64,000 nucleotides of DNA from Raillietiella orientalis (lineage: Eukaryota). The stretch spans positions 2,480,001 through 2,544,000 of the forward strand of contig JAYWIR010000004.1 in the NCBI GenBank assembly GCA_036172245.1, read 5' to 3'. Both the position numbers and the translations under genes were made by a program. The first letter of the stretch is position 1; each line of letters starts with the position of its first letter. The notes under the pieces are model-generated. The model saw only the letters and a list, made by a program, of their open reading frames with translations. It was not told where the DNA came from and searched no databases. Of this stretch, positions 36,701 to 46,979 are shown piece by piece.

Positions 36701-39700
36701 TTTGCAAGGATCCGTTTTCTCTTGGAACTTTGCTGTGTCCGAAATCGGATGCTGCAGATTGCAGCTCTTCTAAAGCCATCCCAGGAGATAGCGGAATACC
36801 CAATGCAAAAAGTTGCTGCTCACAGTCGCAGAGTAATTCGATTTAATGCATGCATTCCCAGATCATGCGTTCCTGCCATATAAGTGACCTACTAGGAACA
36901 CTCGAGGAATCTTCCTCTTTTGTTGGGAGCAAAATAAATCAAACTAGGCGGGTTCTTGCCTCGTACCCGTTCTTATGGAATGACCTAGTAGAAAAACACA
37001 CACGAAAAAAAACTCTGTTCCCACTCTCAAAACCGTCGAATTTTGTAGATGTAGCTCACTCTGCATTGATCCAATTCTGAGGAAGTTTTTTAATTGCTCA
37101 TTCACTAGCATTCTTTCTTGCATGTTATGTAACTTTGGAAAACTAAGGATTCCACAAGAATGTCGGGTTTCTTAGTTCCTAGGTCTTTGTTTTCCCCCTC
37201 CTCCTTTTTCCCCCTTAACATGCACTTATTTCCTACAACAGTGCGGCAGTCTCGAAGGCTCAACTGAAACTCTTGCACCGAAACGCGAGACCTCGAGCAC
37301 CTGACCAAAGCGAGTGGAGACGACCGTTCTTTGTCCTGCTCAAACTCACCATTCCCTCCAAGAAATGCTGATCCTTGATCGGAAGGATCGTCAATTTTGT
37401 GATTCTTTCAGTTCGACTGCAATGTGATTTGCGTGGACTGGGAGAGGGGTGCCAACCTTCCCAATTACGTTCGCGCATCGGTGAACACCAGAGTGGTCGG
37501 AAAGCAAGTCGCCCTGCTCATATCAGCTCTGAAGCTCACGTACAACGTGACCATCAAAGACGTACATCTCATAGGCTTCAGCCTGGGAGCTCACGTGTCG
37601 GGGTTCGCAGGGAACGCGGTTCTCGACAAGGAAGGAGAGAAGATAGCCCGCATCACAGGTAGCCGGGCCTTCGACGTGGCGGGAACGATGCTTCGATTCC
37701 AGGGCTGGATCCTGCCGGACCGCTCTTCGAAACGTACGAACACTTGGCCAGGCTAGACGAAACGGACGCTGAGTTTGTCGACGTCATACATTCGAACGGA
37801 GAGAGTCTTCTGATGGGAGGTTTAGGAGCATGGGAACCAATGGGAACCGTCGACTTCTATCCGAACGGGGGAAAAGAGCAGAAAGGATGCTCCAACTTTT
37901 TCCTGGGATCCATTTCGGATCTGTTCTGTGAGTCCTTACGGTTCTTTCGTCCTTTTTATGAACGGCCGTCTGAATGCACTCATCCTGCAGTCGGTAATCT
38001 CTCTGGATGATAACAATGGTAAAAAATTCCACCTTCATCCTTCGGGAAGGGGAAATGTCTTTCAAATCTGAATTCTGACGGACGAAGAGCGCAGAACTAA
38101 GGGAAGAGGAGGATGAATGCGTTGATCTGTCTCGTTTCTCGGCTTTCTTTTTACCTGGGCGGCGAAAGCGCATGCCCATTTGATTTACATTTAAGATCGT
38201 TTCTGTGGGGATTTGCATTCCTCGCTATTGATAAGCGCAAAGTGAGCTCGCAGATTGCAAATTATAGCTTCTTTCGGAAACACGAGATGTACTCACGAGG
38301 CTGTTGTTTCCATTAGGGACCGGAGGACGGTATTTTCGGAGAGCGAAAGAAGCTCTTCGACGTCTACCATTGCCTATTCCATTCAGCTCGGGTTCAAAGA
38401 ACGGTAAGATGCATTCAAATTACCTCTGTGTGGGAACCATTCGACAAAACCGTCGACAAATCAGTAAATTTCGAACATGTGAATGTTGGATGCCGCGTTT
38501 GTATTTTTTATTTTTTTTTGCTCATGATCTGCGGAGACGTGGAATGTAAAAGAGAGGAGAACAATAGCCAGAATAGAAACAAAACGAAAAAAATAAAAGA
38601 CAACGAATTTAAGGCGACGTGGTCTTGTTACATTTGATATCAGCTTCCTCTTAATCTCTGTGAGTGTACTGAGTTCCCAAGAGATTTGGTGCAGGTATCC
38701 TTTCCCTGGAAAAATCTTCTTCCAGAAGATAGAAATTGCTGTACCATAGGGCAGGGTTTCCTGATGTGCAGAATGCTTGAGTATTTGTCGAATTTCCTTG
38801 AGAAATTCGATTGAGAATATGTACGGAATCGACCAACATCCACAAATAGCACGTTGCTGATGACTCTGTAAGCTTGACGTGGCTGTCGTCTGGCTACACG
38901 AACCTTCGAATGCCCTTAGTGCATTCCCTGACCGCATATGAGGAGAGGACACTTTTCCTTCTCCAATCAAAAGACCTCCTTCATCATCATGTGTTCGGAA
39001 TCTACGGATCTGGCACGTTCGTGCAGTTCGCTGCAGATGGAAACTTTTCGTTACTTCCTGCTTGTGCTTGCTCGGAGTGAATGCCTTACGATGGTGAACC
39101 CACGATAAATCATACGACCATTTAATACATGTAAGATCTACAGTCTCATTCTTGGAGGAAGTCCCATTATGATCGCCCAAACGACATTTTGGACACAACA
39201 GCAAGGAAATTATGAAAGAAAATTTTCAGTCATGTTGTAAGAGACGCTAGCAGATAAGGTGCCAAGCATCAAGAGCGAATTTGTGGTAGACAATGAAACA
39301 AGGGGGGAAAAGTATCCATGTCACAGATCTTGATGGATACGGGTTTGTTGACTTTGCTTCATCATGGAAGTCATTAACCAAGTTGCCTAGGGGGACCCAA
39401 GCAGAGTCGAACAAACGACAGAGCTACTAGCACGCCGCTACTCTGGCCACTGTTTTGAAACGTTTTGTTGTTGTTGTTGTTTTCATCTGGAATCTTGCTT
39501 GCTTTCACAAAAGAAATGTATTTGCGGATACCGACTGTTCTGATTACTTGCACGTTTTTCCAAACTTGCTCCTCCGATTCTTAGAATATGAGTGACTGTC
39601 ACTTTGGGTGTCAACTGTTCCCATTCTTTCATTTTTGGGTTTAAGAGAGGTTGGCTCTGCTAGTGGTTGGTGTTAAATGCCTTATCCAAACTTACCGGAT

Positions 39701-42700
39701 TAGGGGTTGGAATTCATGGAATTCCATAACGATTGGGCATCGCGGAAAATATCATAAGAAGTTTACGCGAATCTGTGAAACCGAATGGAGCACAGCCGGG
39801 CAGCAGGAAAGCGGGATGCATCAAAACTTGACTTTATGCAAAAGGAAGGAAGCAATAACTCATCTCCTGATCAATAGCAAGACAAAAAAAGGGCGTCAAC
39901 ACCATTCTAGAAAACTTCGAAGCGTTTCTAGAGTACCATGCTTTTTTTTTTTTTTTTTTTCTACTGATGTAGCAATTGCGAGGAGAACTGCAACTTGCGA
40001 TTCCATTTCATGGACGAAGAACAGCTCTTCCACGCTCTTGGAATGAACAAAAGCCGAATTGGACTTACATGCACGTTTCCTCAAAGGAATCTGCGTCGGT
40101 TAGTAATACAAACTTGAAAAATGAATGAGCTTCTTCAGACCTTTGCTTGAAGGAAGCTGGATAGACGGAGTTTTAGCACAGCACCGAAATTATAAGTGAT
40201 CTTACAGTGGTTCCATTTGTATCTGTATACGTTCTGAATCGATCACTTCACGAAATGCCTCTCAGGAACTTAACACAGTGTTTCCTAAAGAACATGAAGT
40301 ATTTCAAGAAAAAGGAAAGAAAAAAACAAAACAAAACAAAAGTACGCCAACTTTTTGCTTTCCAGCATCTGCAAGGAAGAGTTTTCCGACGCTTTCGAAA
40401 CCGGAGAATACCAAAGTGAGAGAAGTATAACAAAGTATACAACGAAGTACACCAAAGTATCGTGGCCAAGTTGTGGTCCCTGCAGCTTACGAGTGTGAGA
40501 AACAGGATAAGATGAATGATATCATTTTGATAAACATTCCATTACGAGAGGGAAAACCTTCCTTCACTTCTTCATAAATCCAAAAGCAGCAAAAGCATAG
40601 GGCCTTTAGGAAGTTCCCTGTTTCGGTTTTTCGAATTGGAAACGTTCCCAATCAGCCTTCATTTTATCATTAAATTGCCGTGACTGTTATACAATATGCT
40701 CTGTTTTAACCAATCTGGAGCATTCTATTTCTAGTGACGTCATTCCAAATTCTTGACCAATTCTCTCGCTCAACTACTGTTAAGCATTAGAAACTACTGT
40801 GAAAGTGGGGAGGGGGGTGGGTTGAGTTTTAATTTAATGTTATTTGATGAATTCTCCTGAAAATTTTTTTTTCCTTTTTTTTTTTTTTTTCATGGAGATT
40901 CTTCCTGGAGCTTTGCATCTTAATCGACTCTTCATGATTCCCATTCAAAAGCCGTAGGAATTAAACATTACAAGAAGAACAGATGCTAAATTAGCATGTT
41001 TAGTTTTGAATCTAAAATTTTTTTTTGCTCTGGTATCCCTTCAAGTTTGTTTGGAAAGTATGAAAACAAATTTCTTTGCAGAGTCAGAATCACAGGAAGG
41101 TAAAGGACTGTGCAACCACCGTCGTGCTTACAAGTTTTTCACCCATTCCGTAACACCTAAATGTAAATTCCCTGCGTTTCAATGCAAATCCTACGAGCAC
41201 TTCCTGGATGGTGAATGCTTCCCATGCGGGAGTAATGGACTTCAGTGCGGAAGGATGGGTTATTACGCAGATGAATCGGAAGCGCGTGGAAAACTCTATT
41301 TAGTTACAAGAGAAAAGGAGCCTTTTTGCGGTAATCATCTTCGCTTCAAATTTATGGTAAAAGAAAGTAGCGATGGAATAATAAAACAAATGCATATAAC
41401 GCCTCTAGGGTAGCAATTCAGCCGGGAAAAATCGCAAAAGTTTGAGAGAAGGGACTGGTTGATCTAAGTAGGCACATGTATCAGTAGGGGCTATTATTGT
41501 ACCAGAAAACGTGAGAGAACAGTATGAATAAACGAGGAAGCTTGCTTCAGCTGTTCTGGGAGAGTTACCAAAAAGTAACGTAAAGCCGATTACAACTTCT
41601 TGAGAACAGCCATAAGCACTCCCGTTGCAACGTGATGTACCTAAAATCAAACGGGAGGGAAACCTCCGAGATCTCTTCGCACGACTACGATCGGAAAATC
41701 CGTCTTACATGATTGGTACTTTGATTCCTCCCAACATTCTTCAAGGTCTAAAGGTTCTCGAAGAATTCAAGGATTCTTCACACCGACCATTTGCATGAAC
41801 GTTGATCGAAAGAGCGCGCAACGCATGGGCCGTTTCAGGAAACCGCCGCGGCACTTGGAAACAAAGATTGCCAAAGCCTCATTTCCTGTGAAACGAGTTC
41901 ACGCAGACTTCTCACCTTTTACCTCTGTGCTGCGAGTTCGATTTGAAAAGCGAACGTGCACGTAGCTGGTTTTTTCGATTTGGAATCGTTTTTTCTTTTG
42001 GTTTTGGCCTTTAAGTACTGAATCTTTGCTTCGAAGATTATTAACGTAACTACCAATTTCATTACTGTGATTGTGTCCGTTGTCTGAGACACAATACCCT
42101 CGTCCTGTTGCCTTTGCTGTGGAATGTAAAAAAGAAAATGAATTCGAATTTTTGCCATTAACTTTTTGTTTACAAATCAGAGCTCGAGAAAGATAAATAA
42201 GATTGTGACAAGCAAAGTATGTACCACATCAAACATTAATCTAAATTTCTTAATGGAGGATGGCTACTCATCAAAAATTTTCAAATTGGACGCCGTTGTT
42301 TTCCATTCAATTCTAGTTGGTTGAACAATTTTTCTCAACTTCTCCATTCTCGAGAGGTGAATGGACTTTGTTAAGTATTTTATAAAAAGTGCCATCGGAT
42401 ATCCGGTTTGTGTGGTGGTTTTCTAATGTGATACATGCAACCTTTGAGGCCTTTATTTTTCTTTTTCAATGTTTGAGCCTTCCCATATACCTTTTGCAAA
42501 TTTTGCATTTATTCTTATGACTGCTCTTAGCTTATTCTATATGTAAGTGCATGCATGTACGACAGGAGCAGTATTTATCAGATATAGTAGGGGAAAAAAA
42601 AGAAGGAAGGAAACAGAATTGAAGGAACTGTTTTCTCTCTTTGAGGAGAAAACTGTTCCCCCCCACTCGGGGTGAGGGGGGGGGGGAATGTTTTCTCCTC

Positions 42701-44571
42701 AAATACAATTATCATTTACCTTAGGATGGGTTCACTTACAGTGTCCCAAAACGAATTCGGAGCCCACGACAGAGCTGACGAATATAAAAAAAAAATGTGA
42801 ACTATGAACGAGAATGCTTTTATTTTTGACTGGGTTTGAAACGTTCCTGGGACGAACGTACCTTAACTTTTTTGAATGTAATGAATTCGCACAAAATACG
42901 ATTTTCCAGTATCAAATCGACTGAAATTTCGAAAGACTAATGAATGTTTCTTTCATATTTGCGAATCGGGTTCATCCTGTGTTGTTTGAAAACAACAGAC
43001 TTTCTGGTCATTTATGGAATTCCCAGATGGTGAACTGAGGGGAAAAAGTACCCTAATGATTAGGTTTCTTGAGTTTATAAATACAAACTATTAATGACGT
43101 ATGGCATTTGAAGTGCTCTGATATTATCGACACTCGGAGGGAAGGGAACCGTTTTCTCCTCAAAGACAAAGACAATTATCAGTTACCTTAGTGAGGATTC
43201 ACTTACAGTGTCCCAGAACGATTTCGGGGCACACGATAGAGCTGACGAATATAATGAATAAACCGACTTTCTGATAGACGGGTCAAACGCAGGCCAGGTC
43301 CCAAAGAGAAAACGAAATGTCAACAACGCAGAGAACGGTGTGTTTTCAAGAGTCCTCCACTTTAAAATGCTTTCAACTTAGCACCGGGTCTTCTCCAGGG
43401 AAGAGCAAGAGACAGAATGCTTAACAAGAAATGTATTAAGGCACCCATTAAAACCAAATCTACTTTTTGAATCGTTTTGAAATGTTAAGAGAGCTCGTAC
43501 GCACAGGATTATCTACATCTCGGAGTGGAAGGTTTCCTTCCCCTAAATTATACAAGTTTTTCTTTGTTCCAGCTAACCAGTTCAAGATAACAATCACGAA
43601 CTCCGATGCTCAGGATATGACCTACGGAAAACTGGAAATTGTAATTTTGGGGAAAAAAGGATATAACGAAACATTTCAGCTAACAAAGTAAGCACATGCA
43701 AATAAAGTTCTGCCTGTGTAGAAAAATGAACTAGGGACGACAAACAGTTATTGAAGCCGAAAGAAACTTTGAAAAAAATCATTGTTCCACATCCTATTGC
43801 AGAAGAGGGAATCAGTATACAAATACTGTATACCCCATACCAAGGTTGGCTGCAAAGTGGACGGCAGACGTGGCAAATTGATAGAATCACCATCACAGAT
43901 AGTTTGGGTAAAAGGTAAAGACATTAAGATGGAAACAAAATTCGATCCTTTTAAACCACAGATTGTGCTTCTACGGTAAGAGCATCACGCTGTTTTCTGG
44001 AATTCCAAATGCAGTGGAATTTCAAGAATCCTGTCCGGAGGTAGAATTTGAAACCCTTCACCCTCATTACTTTCTCTATGATTAATAGGCAGATGAAGAT
44101 AGCAAGCTACAACCGCCCAGCACACAACTTATTCCACCTCCACCCCCCATGATGGAATGGCCAGCAAATTCATCTGCTCATTTCAATGCTACCGATACGC
44201 TGCCTCCCACTTACAAACTCCAGCTAGATAATCACGAAAGGATTGAAAATCATGCACCTTTTATGCTGCAAACCGCCCCCAACATTATAAATGATAACTT
44301 CATACGCTCCGACTATGGCAGCTACTCTTTTCCTGATGTACTTCCTGGAGGCTACTTTTATCCGAATCTGCCCCTGAACAACCGAATGAGGCAAGAGATA
44401 CCCAGCAATTCGTGGGTACTAAATAGGAACCCACGATTCAGAAGTTACGATTTCCTTCCGTATCCTTCTTCGTACGTGATTCCCATAAGTGGTAGTCACA
44501 CTGCACGATACATTCCACTTCCTTATTCGAGAAAAAATTCATGGACAGAAGTACAAACCGAACCCCGATGA
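31795..44571 (+). CDS. Pancreatic lipase-related (triacylglycerol lipase family) protein with PLAT domain and low-complexity C-terminal tail; first coding exon not identified
   Basis: GT-AG exons with consistent phases: 31795-32008, 32085(or 32094)-32379, 37412-37658, 37703-37927, 38317-38403 (lid exon, see findings), 41082-41330, 43573-43687, 43735-43914, 43962-44040, 44089-44571. Motifs: VCYNELGCF, TKIIIHGF, NVICVDW, HLIGFSLGAH (Ser 37580), RITGLDPAGP (Asp 37708), FVDVIHS, DFYPNGG, LCNHRRAY (His 41117). The catalytic triad is intact. Confidence 0.93.
33385..33680 (-). pseudogene. Possible decayed RING plus TRAF-type zinc-finger gene fragment (TRAF4-like) in a lipase intron
   Basis: DFRFRSRVRQFFASCEG..EVDGCDRR..*PVEQQPV, then in another frame LCRHGCNGCGWRGAV..CVHPV, matching the CxHxxxGCxWxG pattern after the RING of TRAF4-type proteins. 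Stops and frameshifts are present. Confidence 0.3.
36400..36800 (-). mobile_element. Gypsy-type pol fragment (RT N-terminus) in a lipase intron
   Basis: HRTVKAIRGSDAGEDVAPYRGSEKTRTQAGQQLAE...YCVMKRTNGSMRRV..NFETYSVD matches HxIxTxD..PYRxS..QIxEM..VKKxDGSxRxC..LN..TxxD. Confidence 0.55.
38620..39200 (-). mobile_element. Decayed Penelope-like element in a lipase intron
   Basis: The 247-aa ORF contains HHRKAFTPSKHKQEVTKS..RTARTC (cf. SxHPxxHK..V..RAxRIC), SIPYIFS..EIRQILKH (cf. LPY..IxRILxK) and GYLHQISW (cf. GVVYxIxC). Confidence 0.4.
42623..43255. repeat. Hairpin plus duplicated ~125-bp core; possible non-autonomous DNA or Helitron-type element
   Basis: tttgaggagaaaac (42640-42653) and gttttctcctcaaa (42690-42703) enclose C-run/G-run arms. 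42664-42787 is directly repeated, diverged, at 43131-43254 (ttcacttacagtgtccca..acga..agagctgacgaatataa). Confidence 0.8.
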
Positions 44572-44615
44572 AACAAGTCGAGACTAGTCAAATCGCATCG
44601 AAAAAAGAATACAAA

Positions 44616-44621
44616 AATAAA
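44616..44621 (+). promoter_or_regulatory. Candidate polyadenylation signal of the lipase gene
   Basis: AATAAA 45 nt after the stop at 44569-44571; ATTAAA follows at 44626. Confidence 0.55.
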
Positions 44622-44666
44622 ACATATTAAAAAATCAGTAGTTTTTGAAAAATGCGGGGCAATGCT

Positions 44667-46535
44667 TCAAGTGCGACTTTTCATCCTTTTCAGAACATTC
44701 CCTTGTTCCAGAGCAGCTTTACGCTTTCGCTGAAACGGTATAAATTGCATTTTAGAGGCAGTCGGCGTATCACTCACGTTGGGGGTCAGAGCAGTTGAAG
44801 CATCTAATATCTCAGAGATGCTACATGGTTTTGGAGTATCACTGCCCCCCACGATACCCTCACCCGCTTCCATTTTGCTGCTGGAGGATAACAGCTTGCT
44901 TGGGATTTCGAGTGTCTAAAATAGCTGTCAAGAAAAACAAAACAACTTTCGTGTTATCGAAAACCCACTTTTCCTGGAACCAGTCCCTCATATTGATGGC
45001 GAAGACTCTGAAGCTCGAACTCACATGTGGCCAAAGCCAATCTTAGGTCGTATAACAAAACCATTTCGTTACGTAGTTCGTTAAACGCCGTACAAATATC
45101 TTCCGTGGGTATGGGGTTCGGATCTATTGAATTATTAGAAGTTTATGGGGGCTCGTTTCCTTAACAAGAAGACTTTACCTATGCCTAGTTCTTGTAGCAA
45201 ACATTCGATAGCTTTCATTTTTTTCTGCCCAACGCTAGCAGGCAGCTTCATCCGATGGGAGCGCAGAGAAACTCCTGAGCTTTTCACATCTGGGAACTTG
45301 ATGCCAGATGAGTCAGTGATCTGAGGCTCGAACTTGAGTATCTTATGTGTGTACAGACGCCGTCTGAAAGCAAGTTTCCTTTCTCCTCCACGACGACTAT
45401 GCAGGCTACTGTCGGCTGCTGTCAACAACTTGTGGAGATCTTGAGTTTTGCGTTCACGCTCTTTTTTACGGATTTCGATCTTTCTAAGCTCGCTCAGCAG
45501 CAACTGCTCTTCTTCGATTTGTTCTGTGGTTCGATCGAAAAGCTTCTGCAGTTGCTCCTTTCTTTTTCGTTCATGCTCTGCGTCGAAAACTACGAAAACG
45601 GCCTCCTGACCGGGGTTACGGACCTAATGGGGGAGATTACAGCCACTCGGGACAGCAACAACTGACCTTCTGTAGAATGCTACAAACATCGTAATACCGT
45701 TCTTTCAGTTTTTCTATAGTCCTTGCAGGATAAAGGGCTCTATCCCATCTATCGTGAATCACAGGGAAGCGCAAATCGAAATACTGACAAAGGTAGAATA
45801 AGTGATTGGTTTCTTCCCGAGTCCAAGAACTGGATTGCAAGTGTTGACGGTATTCTGCATCAGTGTAGGTGGGAACAGAAACTCTCTACAGATATAATTC
45901 TCGGTTAATGGACTAATTTCAGCTGTGGCTTCATTATGTGGTTCTCATGATACACGAGCGAATATATTAACAAAAATTCCAAGTGATTCTCATCCCCTGC
46001 ATACTGTGGGATACATTACAACTGTACACTATGAGATGTACGGTTTCGTAATCTTGGGCAACCCGATTTTCATACAAGAGGACCTGATATCTCGCAGGTT
46101 ACATATACCTTATTGAATTTTGCAAATGGGTATTCCTTGCCTTCTTCTGAACATCGTCTCCAGTGATACAAAACAAGTCTATCTGATCGAGCGGGATTTG
46201 TGAAGGGCATCCATTTCCAAGGTCGAACTTGCTTGATACCCAATTTCACTTTAACTTGTTTATAGCCTTGTCCTAGCGTTACATAAATGTGAGTGCCTGT
46301 CTAATGAATAAGTCACACCTGTATCTGTCGGGAATACAGGAGGCGAATCTTTTTTATCTGAGTAAAGCAATGCAAACACTTCTCGGTGCATTCCTTCGGG
46401 CCGACGGAACGATTTGACATTCTCGGTAGTTTTCTTGACTTTTTTCACACGATTCTGGTTTAAAATAGTTTCCTTACTTATTTCGGATGTTGATAACTGA
46501 TCCAACTCAAGAATGTCTCTAATATCGGAACTCAT
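44667..46535 (-). CDS. DMAP1: DNA methyltransferase 1-associated protein 1 (SWC4/Eaf2 homologue, NuA4/Tip60-SWR1 subunit)
   Basis: Six exons, 46535-46319, 46272-46109, 45885-45667, 45623-45179, 45123-44969 and 44915-44667, sum to 1449 nt (482 aa plus stop), all GT-AG. Motifs: DIRDILEL, RPEGMHREVFALL, VRPWKWMPFTNPAR, YPFAKFNK, SANT WTREET..FDLRFPVIHDRW, FDAEHERKRKEQL, GVSLRSHRMKLP, FNELRNEMVLLYDL, RKRKAALEQGNVLK. Confidence 0.97.
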
Positions 46536-46663
46536 CTATTGTCTATTGTGAGTAATTGGTCGATATAATTGAAAAGGTGGTAAAGCAAGTGCTGGTTTCC
46601 ACCTCCCACCTTACTTTTCGCACTTTCTAACGATAGAAATAAACTTATAATGCCAATTTAAAT

Positions 46664-46669
46664 TTTATT
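46664..46669 (-). promoter_or_regulatory. Candidate polyadenylation signal of WNK
   Basis: AATAAA on the minus strand (tttatt on plus), ~310 nt after the WNK stop at 46980. Confidence 0.45.
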
Positions 46670-46979
46670 CGGTCCTGTGAGCAATCACAGATAATGATGA
46701 GATGAAGCATTCTGGATGGCAGCTACAGAATTTGCATACTTGCAAAATGATTGTGATACACTGATTTTTATGCAAACAGAACTTCTTCAATGATTTAGTT
46801 GTGCATTGCTTGCTAGTTAATGACATGATACGTAAAGAATATATGAATATATGAAGCAAGACGAAAACAAGCAATCATAAATGTGTTGCAGCATCATGTT
46901 CAACAGGAAGATCAGGGCTGAAAATACAATAAGTCCATCAAGGGAACAAACTCATTTGTTAAAAGCTAGGTAAACCCTT

